DNA of 61,114 nucleotides, filler included. It is 12 parts of 12 records of this genome, joined end to end, with 100 filler letters (N's around TTAATTAATTAA, not from the genome) between each part and the next. Parts side by side here need not be neighbours in the genome. Positions count along the whole stretch, not along the records: positions 45,245 to 49,229 come from SRR15195285_4165; positions 49,330 to 53,828 come from SRR15195285_4166; positions 53,929 to 57,534 come from SRR15195285_4169; positions 57,635 to 61,114 come from SRR15195285_4171; 8 more parts are not named here. One strand, 5' to 3'. Below, one piece after another: positions 46,343 through 57,938 of the stretch. The position numbers and the translations under genes are program-made. How positions within the stretch are numbered: position 1 is the first letter of the stretch; each line of letters opens with the position of its first letter. Under the pieces are notes generated by a model. It did no database searches, had not been told where the DNA came from, and was given only the letters and a program-made list of their open reading frames with translations.

Positions 46343-48796
46343 TCACACCTTGGCTCTCTTCGCCCTGCCCGACCGGTGGTGCATGAACCCTTCAATGCGC
46401 TCTTTCGCTGCGCTCATCCTGCCACGCGCTGCCTCCTGCTCCCGTCGAGTCTGCTCAATCTCAGAGCTCTGCGCAAACAGACTCTCGAGCTCTGCATCGT
46501 CATAGGACACGACGACGTCTGAGAGAGTGGCCTCGATCGTGTTGATGCAGGACGGGGCTGTGAACGCGGCGGTGACAGCCATTCCTGCGCTGTCGACGTA
46601 GCGTTTCATCGCCAGTTTCCAGTAGGCTGACAAGAAGTCTATCATGTCTTGCACCTCCTGAATGAAGGGGAAAACGCCCTCTCCTTGTGAGTTTTCCTAT
46701 GTTGTCCCGAGCCTCTCTTGGGGTAAATATTTGGGTCTTAGATCTAGTACAAATGGCATCGAAAAAGAGATGTTTTTCTCACCTGGGACTCGTTGCTGTC
46801 ATTCCCGATTGTCGACTGCAGCATCGCGAGCACTTGGTCTGCCTTGACGTTCCCACTGTCGTCTGCGAGCTCTTTGATCTTCTTGGCGACCCGGTCGTTT
46901 CGGATCTTGTTGAGGGTGTCAAATAGGTAGTGATTTTCCGTGCTTGGCATGGTCATCTCCGGCAGCAGCAGCTTGCCCAGCTGCTGGGTAGCCTCGGTCG
47001 TCATCGTGCTGATCTGCGACGTGACCAGCTGCGTAAGCGCGTCCGTCAGCCCCGGCAGCTGCGAGGTGTGCTTTAGCACCGTGCTCACCGCAGCAGTCTC
47101 CAGGGCGGTGGCAACAGTCGTCTGGAAGGCAGCGGTTGGCTCCTCCCATAGCTGCATGTATTCTGCAATGAGAGCGGAGAAGACGTCGAAGCTCATGAAG
47201 CCAGGCAATTCGCGACCACGGCCACGCTCGATCCGCGCTGCAAGATCGGCGCGAAAGGACGTCAAATTGATCACCTCAGCTTCTATCCAACCGTGTTCTT
47301 TGTAGCCGACAGTCAGGATCTCGCCGAGCTTAGTGACTGAGCCTCCTTTGATTTTGCGAAGTCCTTTGACCACTTCACCTACTTCCTTCCTAGTAACACC
47401 GCCATCTAACGGTACAAAGTTTGTGGTTTTCGTGACTTGTACGTCGAACGTGTCACACTCACCGTTGAAACCCGGACGAGTGTCGAGAATTCCTTTGACG
47501 AAAACCTTCCGCGCAAGGTTCTCCTGGCGCAGAACATTCAGTATGCTGTCGGTGTCCTTGCTTCCCGAGACATCAGATGATGACGTAAGCAGTCGCAGAT
47601 CGCTCACAACATTGCGCACTGTCTCCATGGCGAAACGGCGATGCTCAGCCGCAGGCGGCGGTGGCCTGCCCAGCGACTCCAGCTGTTCTTCGATGCGTTT
47701 CAGCTGCTGGTCGACCTCGTCGCACATATTGGGGATGGCCTTCTCGATCTGGTTCACCAGCAGCTCTGTCAGTGCTGTCTCGAGCTGCCCGACACCGAGA
47801 CGCGCACTCTGCCCTCTGTACGCCGCTGCGCGCGGTTCGGATTCAAACCACTGCTTCTCCTTCGCCTGGCTGGCATGACGTGTAAGCGTATCGTCTTTCA
47901 GTTCCTCCTGCGACGAGTTCTTCAGCCTGCAACGCAAGAGGAGGGTGGACGTTAGTGGCGCATAGCAGCAGACGGAAACAGAGGAAGCTAGGACGGTTAG
48001 GCACGCAGTGCTGATTAACTTACATGAAGTAGCCGTTCTTGAGTGGCTTGGTCTTGTTGGACAGCACTCCCAGTACTGTGTCCTCGGCCCCTGGGTTGAC
48101 GAGATCTGGCATCGTAAGCACGCCGACAGTCCGCTCGCCATCCGGGTCTACGACGGTCGCCCGCTCGACGATGTCGCTTGTTGCGATGTCATCTGGCGCC
48201 TTGATTACCGCGAGAATGATGGTGCGGGGCTGTTCCAAGTAGCTGTTCAGCAGCTGGTTGACCTCCTCGATCACCTCTTTTGACTGCCCGTTCGTGTTGG
48301 TCTTGACGATTCCCGGTAGGTCGATGATGGTCAGGTCAGGCATGTCCGGCGCAACGAGCTTCACCTCGATCCACTTGTCCTTGCAGAAGCCGCCGACCGA
48401 TCCCTCGCCGCAGAGCTCAGTCGTCAGCCGCTCGATGAGCTCCGTGACCTTGTGCTGCTCGTTCTTCGCCACCATGTGCACGGGACCATTGCCGGCCTCG
48501 AGGCCTCCCACACGCAGCTTCGCCTCCCACTCGGCGCCCCGGCTCATCGTGACTTGGGTGGCGCACCGCGTCACCAGTCCAGTGCCTCGCGGGAATTCGA
48601 TGCCGCTGATGGCCCGCAGCACGCTTGACTTGCCGGAGCTCTGGTCACCCATCACTGCGATCTGCGGGATGGTGATGTGGCTCTGGATGCCGTCCTGCCG
48701 CAGCGCATCGACCAGGTCGAGGAATGGCCGTGCCCGCTTGGACATCGCCGTGGTGATGCCTTCCGGCGGCGCGTTCTCGTCGCGCTCGCCGGCCAT
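46343..48796 (-). CDS. Mx-like dynamin-related GTPase
   Basis: RPFLDLVDALR..PQIAVMGDQSSGKSSVL.AISG..FPRGTGLVTRC, DLTIIDLPGI, RTVGVLTMPDLV, RGRELPGF, GED (LSAYWKLAMKRYVD). Introns 48023-47927 and 46782-46658. No PH or PRD domain. Confidence 0.9.
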
Positions 48797-49229
48797 GGTC
48801 GTGTGCGTGACAGGCGGGTGCTGGGCCTCTATTCGCCTCTCCACTCTGGCAGGCGCGGCTGCGAGAGGGCAAGGCGGGCCTGCGGGAGCTTATCTGGCGC
48901 AACGCGGACCTGTTCTCGGTTCCGCATTGCCATCGCCAAGTGGGTTCCACTTTTGCTGCACTGCATGGTCGACTGCATGGTTCCAACCACTTTTCAACCG
49001 CCGCTTCTCAGACTTTTCTTCAGTGACTTCACCGACAGGGCTCCGTGTTGGACACGCACCGGCGTCGGCCCAGCCAGTCACAGAGTCACTCGTCCGGAAC
49101 CGTCCTACATGTATCAGGGTACATGTACGGAACGACTCAGCCTGGATTGAGTGCTACAGACTGGCATTTGCATGTATTCAACACAGGATTCAATCATGAA
49201 TTCATTACGAATTTGTACGGGGCCACCAG

Positions 49230-49329
49230 NNNNNNNNNNNNNNNNNNNNNNNNNNNNNNNNNNNNNNNNNNNNTTAATTAATTAANNNNNNNNNNNNNNN
49301 NNNNNNNNNNNNNNNNNNNNNNNNNNNNN
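49230..49329. other. Artificial contig linker
   Basis: N44-TTAATTAATTAA-N44. Confidence 0.98.
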
Positions 49330-49330
49330 C

Positions 49331-49713
49331 GACAACTGGTTCAACGAATGGTTTCCGTCCGCGGTCAAAGCACGAAAGATCGTCTGCTTCATCTGCGCCG
49401 ACTACCTCAGGTCGCCGTACTGCATGGTGCGCTCCCACCCACATGTCCACTCGCGCTGCTCCGCACTCCTGTCACCGTTGCGAGAGCCATCCTCTCACGC
49501 CTGGTGTGCTGCGCGCAGAAGGAATTTGGAATCGCGCAGGCTTCAAATAAACTGCTGGTGGTGGCGTGCGAACCGCTCAGCAAGATTCGTGCCGTGGATC
49601 CATCAGCATATCCGCAAGCTTCGAATGCGCTGGCGTACCTCATGGGAGGCGGGCAAGTAATCTTTCACAGGGAGGATGATGTGGTTGCTGAGATCCGCAA
49701 GTTCTTAACTTAA
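49331..49713 (+). CDS. Partial protein ending in a TIR-like (TIR_2-type) domain
   Basis: Intron 49427-49518 gives DNWFNEWFPSAVKARKIVCFICADYLRSPYCM|KEFGIA..KLLVV, matching the TIR betaC-alphaC pattern (Y..S..C..E...A). Confidence 0.65.
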
Positions 49714-49856
49714 AACGGGGAACACCTGGTGTGACCTTCTTGTAACAAGGGATGGTCTGTTCGTGAAATTAATGGCAAGCAGGCCGCAAGTGTGTAGCCT
49801 GCATTTAAACCCACAAACGCATACCAGCCCCTCGCCGTGGCGACTCGTTTTGCTGG

Positions 49857-52800
49857 TTAGGAGCATTGCTGAAGCTTAAGGTCTGTTTGTCCTCCACCAA
49901 CCACGACATTCACAGTTTTTTCTTCGCCCATTTCCACATGAAATATATTGGGTGGAAGTCCCTGCAGTGGCGAGGTCTCAGTAGTGGTGTCGACAACCCT
50001 GTAGTCACCGACGCAGAGCGAAGACACTTCCACCGACGCCGGAAAGTGCAGGACAAGCCGCGCGTGCCCACAGTTGTGTGGAATTCGCGCACTCATTGCA
50101 AAGTGTTGACCTGGTGCATGCTGCCATGTGACCACTACTTCTCCGCACATTGTCTTGATCTTTCCCGATGCTTGCCCAAGCAGGTGTACTGCGTGCGCGT
50201 CAGGTGTCACATGCATCGTGACGACACCCGCTTGCTCTGCCTGCTGAGCCGCTGTCTCCTCAGCGGCATGGTCGCCGTGAGCACTTCGGCGGTGTTGGTT
50301 CCGTAGGTAGCTTGGAATCGACCATGTCGAAGGATCCAGCCCTACAATGGAGTACAAATAAGGTCCAATGCTCTGCGACCACATGCAGAAGACATCTCAG
50401 ATGATAGCAACAGCCAGGCTCTCGCAGCGCACTGGATCGAGCGATGATCATGTACATGGTACAATAAGGTGAGGTGCTCACAGCTGTGAACATGGGGTGA
50501 TTGTGGCTGTTGGTTGTATCATCCCAGGACTCCCATATTGTGCCTACCAATACCAATTTTTCGGTGTCAGCAACAGGAAAGGACAGGAAAGCACAGCGAC
50601 GCGCAGCACAGCACACACAACGAGCAGCACGCACCAGGCCCTTGCTTCACCATCCAACCCCACGAGGGCATTTCCTCCCGCATGGCCATGGCCAAAGCAA
50701 TATCACCGCGACCAGCGAGGACCAGTGCTTGCAGAACGAAGGAAGCACCGACCAGACCCGAGCTTGTTGCATTCCCCTTGGCTTCAACATTTGCAACAAA
50801 GGATGCTGCAGCTAGCGCTTTTTCTGCTGGTGGTGGGATCCCGAGAACCAAAGGCATCAAATTAGCAGTCTGCGACCCACCCTTGTAACTCTGAGCCTCA
50901 GCGTCCCAGTATTTCGCGTGGTAAGCTAGCTTCATTTTGCTCAGGGTTACATTGTAGCTCTCGGCCTCTGCGGCCTTGCCGAGGTGTGCTGCCATTTCAA
51001 CCAAGTGAGAAGTTGCCATGATCTGTGCTGTTGACACTACCTGTGGCTTGTCGGTATGGCCGTCGGGGAGCGACAACCAGTCGCCGTAGAAACCAAACTC
51101 GATGAGTCCATCCGTGGCACTCTCACGCAGGAAAAAGTCCACGTTGCGCTTCGCCCCAGCATAGTACACGTCCACAAGCGCATCGTCACCTCCTTTCCAG
51201 ACTGTGTACGGTAGTACGCTGGAGATGCTGCCCCAGGACGGGTCACCTGGCCAGCCACCAACATACATGAATGGCACCACATCGGCGACGCTTCCGCCTG
51301 TGTTTGTGAACGTCCCGTTCGGGATGCTAGTGAAGTCGCAGCCGAATGACTTGTGTTTAGGATTGCAGCAAATGTCCTTATTAGTTTGGGGGAAGACAGG
51401 GGTAGCACCATTGAGTGCGCAGCCAGCTTCGTCGTGGTCTTGCATCGTCTGCAACCAGTTCCCGTATAGCTGCCGCATATCGAAGTTCAGCGAGGCCTGT
51501 CGACTGGTGAATTGCGCATCTCCAGTCCATCCACGCTTCTGCAGATTCCCGTCAGTGAACGATAGCGCGTCCAGGTGCAGGAGTCAGGGGGGCACGAACA
51601 TAAGACCAGAGCAAACGATGACCTGAAGGGGATGGTGTGTTACAGGAGAGAGTCCGCACCTCCCTCTGCGGACAGTCAGTCGGATGAAAGTACAAATTTG
51701 AGAGCTGGGTCTGAACGATGGCTTTCTGTACGCCATCGAGCACCTGTGTCTCGCAACACACTCATTTTAAGTGAACCTCATCGAGCAGCTTTCTCCGACA
51801 ATGTTCACACGTGGCAACGAACTGGTGCGTAGCGCACCGGGTGCGAGAAAGAGACGTTGCCATTCCGCTTCACCGCCGAGTGGATGAAAAGTCCAGTGAG
51901 GTCGGAGACGGTTGGCGTGTAGTTGTCCACTAGGCCCTCGATCTGCACGTACCGGTACCCATGGTATGTGAAGGATGGGGTGTATGTTACGAAACCGTCA
52001 TCGTCATTGCTACCGAAGCCACTAGTGCTCGGCGGGGCCGGAAAAAATGTATCTGTCTGATTGGCACAGTTGATCCCTGAGCATTTGCAGGCGGGCGCCT
52101 CCGCACACCAGGCCATATTGACACTGCCGTCACTCTTGAGCACCTCCGCGTACTTGAGCGAAACAGATCGATTTGGTGAGAGAGCAGATCTTGGCAGTCG
52201 GAGTGTAGCAAAGCCTGCCTGGTTGTCTCCCATGTCAAACACCCATTTGTGCCCCTGGGACGGTGCCCCTGGAACCATTGAGCAGTTGAACTCCGACGGT
52301 CCTTGGTGCAGAGCAGCAATAGCCGCTGCTGCTACGGTCTTGACTGAAGAACATGGAGAGATGCCACACATCTGGCAGTGTGGTACGTGGTAGCGCGTCT
52401 TCGTCGCAGCGTCCTCATACCAGATCTCTGTCCCACAGAGTGTTGGGTTCTTGGCGTCAACGCAGCGAACGAATGAGAGAGCTGGGCTTTCTCCCTCTGC
52501 ACGTGGAGCCACGAGTGTGCTGGTTGAGTCACCCACACGTTTGACAGACACCGGCGTGTAGTTCTGGGATGCCTCGAGTGGAGGCATTGTCAACAGCACA
52601 GGTCGCCCGAGCGCCTTAGCAGCGGATACGGGCCCTCCGCCCACGCCCGTATCGAAAACTGCTTCTCGGGCCGGAGTCCACCGATCTGGCGTGTCGACGA
52701 CGCGCCCATCAAACTGCTCACCATGGTAGAGGTGCGAGTATCGAATCGGGTTCGCATCAGTAGTTGCCTCCCAGTTGCCATCTGTTGCAGAGCTTTGCAC

Positions 52801-53625
52801 CACGGCGACGGTACCGTCGCTGTACGTCACCTGCAGAGAGAAGAGAAAAGCCTTGCACGCTCCGTTCGCAGCGTGAGCTCCGGTGCAGAAGCTTCCCTGA
52901 TACCCATACTTGCACATCCCGAGAGACACCCGCAGCTGCTTTGGGGGATCGTCCGATGCAAAGCGCGACGTCAGGTCAAACGCACGGTACGTGACGCGCG
53001 CCGTCGGCAGCGTCGCCCATCCTGGATCCATGAAGGACGACGAGACGGCCTCGTTGTCGATCTTGATGGCGAAGCACCCGACGCCACTGGCGAATGCAGT
53101 CGCGTTTACCACTTTTGCCGAGGCGGAAGACGGAGACGGGTGCGCGAGATCGGTGAGCTGGCGCTGCAGCAGCGTGCCGCCCGATATCCACGAAGCGTTG
53201 CCGAAGCCTTCGCCCAACAGAGCAGTGCGAAACTCGCCGGACCCGGTCACCGTGCGCCCGTCGACAAGGGTCACCGCCAGGCTCACCGCGTGCGCCCGGT
53301 TGCTGTGGGCGGGAGTGGTTAGGACGTGCCGCATCGCGGCGCCGGCCCGACCGCCAATGAATGCACCGTCCACGTGCACAGCAAACGCTGCTTGCTGCAT
53401 GTCGAGATCATTCGCGCCGCCATGGAGGGTCCACGTGAGCACCGGCGGCCACTGCTGGCTGTGGTCCAAGAACGGCCTTTCCTCAAGCGCCAAGCCGTTG
53501 ACCGAGAGGCGGAGGCTCGCCGTCCCATCCGCCGCCGCAGGCACTGCCGCCGCCGGCACCGCCGTGGCCAGCTGCTGCCGCTGCAAAAGCAGCAGCGCGG
53601 CCAAGGCGACGATTCCGCCTGCCAT
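49857..53625 (-). CDS. Alpha-L-rhamnosidase (GH78), secreted, multi-exon
   Basis: Signal peptide; DPGW..YRAFDLT, YHGEQFDGR, VFDMGDNQAG, PSFTYHGYRYV, PTDCPQRE|KRGWTGDA, YGDW, SQTAN, PSWGWM, TIWE..SHNHPMF. Confidence 0.92.
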
Positions 53626-53828
53626 TCCCCTCGCACGCGGTGTTCACTGGTGCAGCAGCAGCCAACGAGCAGTCTCCAGAGAGCAGATGAGTCGGCCTGC
53701 CCGTGTCTCTGCTACTAGCAGCAACCGCAGGTAGTGTCGTACGTGTCTACGCCGCGGACGAAGCAGAGCTGAAACCGCAGCGGACGAAGGTGAGCTGCAA
53801 CAGCAGGAGCGCACGAAGGAGAGCTGCA

Positions 53829-53928
53829 NNNNNNNNNNNNNNNNNNNNNNNNNNNNNNNNNNNNNNNNNNNNTTAATTAATTAANNNNNNNNNNNNNNNN
53901 NNNNNNNNNNNNNNNNNNNNNNNNNNNN
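53829..53928. other. Artificial contig linker
   Basis: N44-TTAATTAATTAA-N44. Confidence 0.98.
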
Positions 53929-54258
53929 TGTGATTTTATTGGATTCTCAGGGAACTCTGTGGGGTACAGAGAACACACTGAGAAATGCAGGGCTGCGAGG
54001 AGCGCGCGCCTCGAGTTCGCGAGGCTCTGTTTCCCCGACATGTCTCTCGATCACAGACTCTGAAATTAGGGCTCTTCTTCTTGATCACTTCTGCATGGCT
54101 GATCAGTGAGTCCGTGAGGTCGGTGTCCGTGGAGTGACCCGGCCGTTGGCTCGATTGGCTGGACGATTCCGTGCAGTCGACGAGCAGAGTGGCGTGGTGG
54201 GAACGCGGGTAGGTGACGCTGCTGCTGCTCACCAGCACGCTAGGGCTGACGAAGGGAG

Positions 54259-55194
54259 ATGGACGAGCCGCTGCCGAGCACTACTGCTGCTGCGGCGGAC
54301 GCCGATGCTGCTGCTGCGGCTGCACAGCAAGAGCTGGGCACTGGCGCGACCGCTGCACGGAAGGAGGCGCAGGACCCGGGGAAGCGGCGGGAGAAGCAGC
54401 GCGCGGCCGCCGCAGCAGCGAGGAAGAGGCGCGAGGAGAAGGGCCCACGCCCGACGCGGGACCGTCGGCGAGAGCCACGGGCGCAGCGTGCTGACACGGG
54501 CGAGGGGTTGCCCGCCGGGCTCCCGGCGCTGCCGACGACGGAGTCGGACGGACCGCCCGCCGCGCTCCCAGCACTGCCGACCGTTGGCTCGGCGCCAGCA
54601 CCGTCCGTACTGCCGGCGGCTGGCGTCGTGTCCACGCCTCCACCGCCACGGGTGGCTGTACCAGCTGACCAGCACGAAGAAGCGACATCAGCCGATACGG
54701 AGCCAAACGCCGCGCCGTCCGCCCGAGCCTCATCGCCACCAGATGTGCACGCCGCGCCAGAGTCTCGGCCGGGCCCCGACAGACCTTCCGCTACCAAACC
54801 CATCATGGCACCTGTGATCTCATCGCCTGCTGAGCCGACGACTCAATGCGCAACAGTCATCGAGCCCCGACTCAAGGCTGCGATCAGGGAGGCCGCCAAG
54901 CAGCGGCCGGCGGACCCACTTCGTTTCATCGCCGACTGGCTCATCACAGACCCCGACTCTTTGCCCCCTCGAGACGCCGCCCACAGTCCGCCGTCTGACT
55001 CCGAATCTGTCCCGCAAAACGCAGCTCCTAAGCAGTCCGTTGCAGCCTACCTGTCAGCAGAAGTCCTCCCGGGCGTTCACGAGGCGCTGCTCGAGCTCAT
55101 TCGTTACCAGCCGCCTGTTACGGACGATGCTGCGCTTGCGGCTGAAATTATGGCACGCGCACTGCGCAGCGGGGCTGCGGGCCAGTCGACATGA
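54259..55194 (+). CDS. Protein with two Dpy-30/RIIa-like dimerisation-docking motifs
   Basis: IEPRLKAAIREAAKQRPADPLRFIADWL and AAYLSAEVLPGVHEALLELIRYQP after a Pro/Ala-rich N-terminus. Confidence 0.7.
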   Translation: MDEPLPSTTAAAADADAAAAAAQQELGTGATAARKEAQDPGKRREKQRAAAAAARKRREEKGPRPTRDRRREPRAQRADTGEGLPAGLPALPTTESDGPPAALPALPTVGSAPAPSVLPAAGVVSTPPPPRVAVPADQHEEATSADTEPNAAPSARASSPPDVHAAPESRPGPDRPSATKPIMAPVISSPAEPTTQCATVIEPRLKAAIREAAKQRPADPLRFIADWLITDPDSLPPRDAAHSPPSDSESVPQNAAPKQSVAAYLSAEVLPGVHEALLELIRYQPPVTDDAALAAEIMARALRSGAAGQST

Positions 55195-55523
55195 AATACG
55201 CGGACCATGGGGGCAACTTAGTAGACGGGAAGCCGCCTTCCTTCCGTCAGCACAGCGGTCTTGCGATTCATCCCTGTGTCAAATTGGTGAAGACTCGTGT
55301 GAGCCACGAAAGTCCACCCGGTCAGATCGAGCGGAACCTTGCAGTGGCGTATGTCCCAAATCTAGATCGCCCCGACCTCAGGCGCGCAAGGTATATCACC
55401 AAGCAGGCGATAGTTGGTTGTGCCGATCAACACAAGCACGAACACTGCGCTTTTGCATGTACGTATCTGCAATGAGTCAATACACTCGGCAAAGCATTCG
55501 AATACAAAGGAACGCATGTATCA

Positions 55524-57490
55524 TTAAATGTCGTTGTCATCGATATCTGTCAGTGTGGATGCCTCAACCATCACCGGCCGCGGCAGGTCATGAGCCGAGT
55601 CTTCCTCCTCACCCCAGTCCTCCCCGTTTCTGTCACTGTCATCCGTGGGTGGCAGTAGGAGGGTTGAGTCAGTGCGTCTCCGTGATCTAGCATCGCTGAG
55701 GCCAGCATCGGTAGCAGAATCTTCGAACAACGAGTCGTTGTAGCCTCGAACGCGCACAGGCTTCGACATGCGACGCCGAATCTGTTTGGCCTGTGGGTTG
55801 TGAAAGCCATGCAGGAGTGTTAACCAACAACGCAGCTCTCGGCGTTGACGACCAGCCGCTGGCACAGTGCATTGCCTGACGTGTCTGTTGCACTAGAGTA
55901 CAGTTCCAACACTGCTGCAAAAACGTACAGATGGTGCCTTGCGAGGCTCGTCGAATGACTTTTCAATATCGAGAAGGCGCCCTTCAAGAGCACGCTCGGA
56001 CTGCATGAGCATCACCAATGGTGATGGCGTCGGGTCTTCAATCTGGTGCAGTCACAATACATATGCTACTCAGTGTCTCGTTGATATTGATTTGAATACC
56101 GGTGAGCCGGAGAAGGACCTCAACGTACCGCCGTCTGGCCTGTCGGTGGCGGCATATGCCGAAGCTGTTTTTTCTCGTACATGTTCCCGAAGACGTTCCT
56201 AATGTGCGCTTTGGAGCCATTCGTGGCGTTGGCGTCAAAAATGCCAGCCATGGCACGCTTGGCGCGCTCGACCACCTTCGTAGGTGTTGGCACGGTGCAG
56301 TATATCGTAGAGAACGCTGTCAGACTCTTGATCACAGCACTTGGTGGTGCACAACACTACCTGTTTCCATTCGAGAAAAGCAGTAGGGGTCTCTTACATC
56401 AGGTTTGAGCTCATGCCCACGAAGGCGCCCACACACACGACATTTAGGTGCCTGGCAACACACCAGAAAATGCACATGCGTGATTCGTCCGTAGATCGTT
56501 ACCAAACCTTTGAGCTACATCCAACACAGCTCTGGAGAGCGAACATGCACAGTGCACGCCGTGCTCACCGAGCTGGCGTTTGTTTCGGTGCAAACTTTGC
56601 ACGGCCAATCAATACCGTCATCCACGTAAAGAACCTTGCCTGCACGTCTCGCCGCAGCGTCGGCTGCTTTCTTTTTCTGAGCCCGGGTCCATCTGCGGCA
56701 CCGAACCAGACGAGGCAACCGGCAGGAGCACAGTCGTCAGTGCCTAAGCGTTGTGGTCAATACACTACCATCATCATTCGGTCTGCATGTGTACCTGATT
56801 TCTTCGATGAAACTTAGGTCCTTAGGAGGTTTGAGCTTCAGAAAATCGGCTGGGTCCGCGTCGCCGTTGTCTATCATCTCTTGTTCAACCCGTCGGGCCT
56901 TTTCTGCGAGCCACGCAGCCGGATCCTGGCCAAAGATTCTGGCAGCGTCAGTTGATGCCAAATGGATCTACTCGCAGCTGGATGATCTGGTGAGAACAAG
57001 TTGAGATTGGACCTCACCTTGGCCCGCAATTCCTCCAGTTGGAGGTCATCCTCCATTTTGGAGACAGCACCTGTAGCAAGATATTGCACAGCATCGTGCA
57101 GGCACTGTTTACATGTAGCCACCAGCGGACGCTGCGGTGTCGCAACGTGTGCACAGCACGCACCTTTAAGTGTACCGCTGCGAAGGCCCCCTAGCAGCGC
57201 ATTTCGAGTCTTCCGAGTGGCAGCAACCCCGCGGTCACCAGCAACTTGCGCAGCCGGCTGTGCCGTAGCATCGTCTGGCTCCGGCTCCGTTGCCGACGTT
57301 TCCAGCTCTGGCTCTGGCTCTGGCTCCAGCTCTCCGGAGACTGTCTGCAGCCGCTGCAGCCGCAGCACAATCGGGCGCTTAGCTTTTTTGACGGCCTCTA
57401 GACCCGCGCGAAATTGCCCCATCCCCTGTGGATCCTCAATCGTCTCGCCATTTACAGCCGTCAGCACCAGCTGGTGCCCCACCGCCTGCA
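55524..57490 (-). CDS. Partial multi-exon protein with PDZ-like segment and RanBP2-type zinc finger
   Basis: LVLTAVNGE..VKKAKRPIVLRL (PDZ C-terminal half). Intron 56568-56452 gives WPCKVCTETNASS|APKCRVCG. Other exons approximate; could be two genes. Confidence 0.5.
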
Positions 57491-57503
57491 GATTTGGCGC
57501 CAC

Positions 57504-57534
<31 letters not shown>

Positions 57535-57634
57535 NNNNNNNNNNNNNNNNNNNNNNNNNNNNNNNNNNNNNNNNNNNNTTAATTAATTAANNNNNNNNNN
57601 NNNNNNNNNNNNNNNNNNNNNNNNNNNNNNNNNN
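57535..57634. other. Artificial contig linker
   Basis: N44-TTAATTAATTAA-N44. Confidence 0.98.
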
Positions 57635-57938
57635 CCCAAGGTGCGGCTAGAACCCAAGAAGTTTAAGAGGCATAGGGGCGCGTAGAGAATCTGGGACCGG
57701 GGCAATGAGCTCCCTTTCGCTGCGCGACGGACACGCAAGCGCATCCACGCGACAATCTCTACGGTTGCGCAGAGCGCCCCTTCAAGCGCTGTACGTGTTG
57801 TCCTGATGAGCGCACGGCAACTCCGTGGGGCGACAGTGACAACAGCTTGGCTAGAACACGATTGTGCGGCGCAGTTCACGGGCAGCTCTAAGATAGACGC
57901 AATCACAAGAGCACAATATAATGTTACAAAGCAGATGG

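Noticed and set aside
48258-49199. 313-aa + strand ORF (likewise 52910-53734, 31313-32137 and many short ORFs)
   Set aside because: Overlaps a well-supported gene on the opposite strand, has no motifs, and is expected at high GC.
46343-49713. Mx-TIR defence island
   Set aside because: The two genes are separated by the linker at 49230-49329, so the adjacency is artificial.
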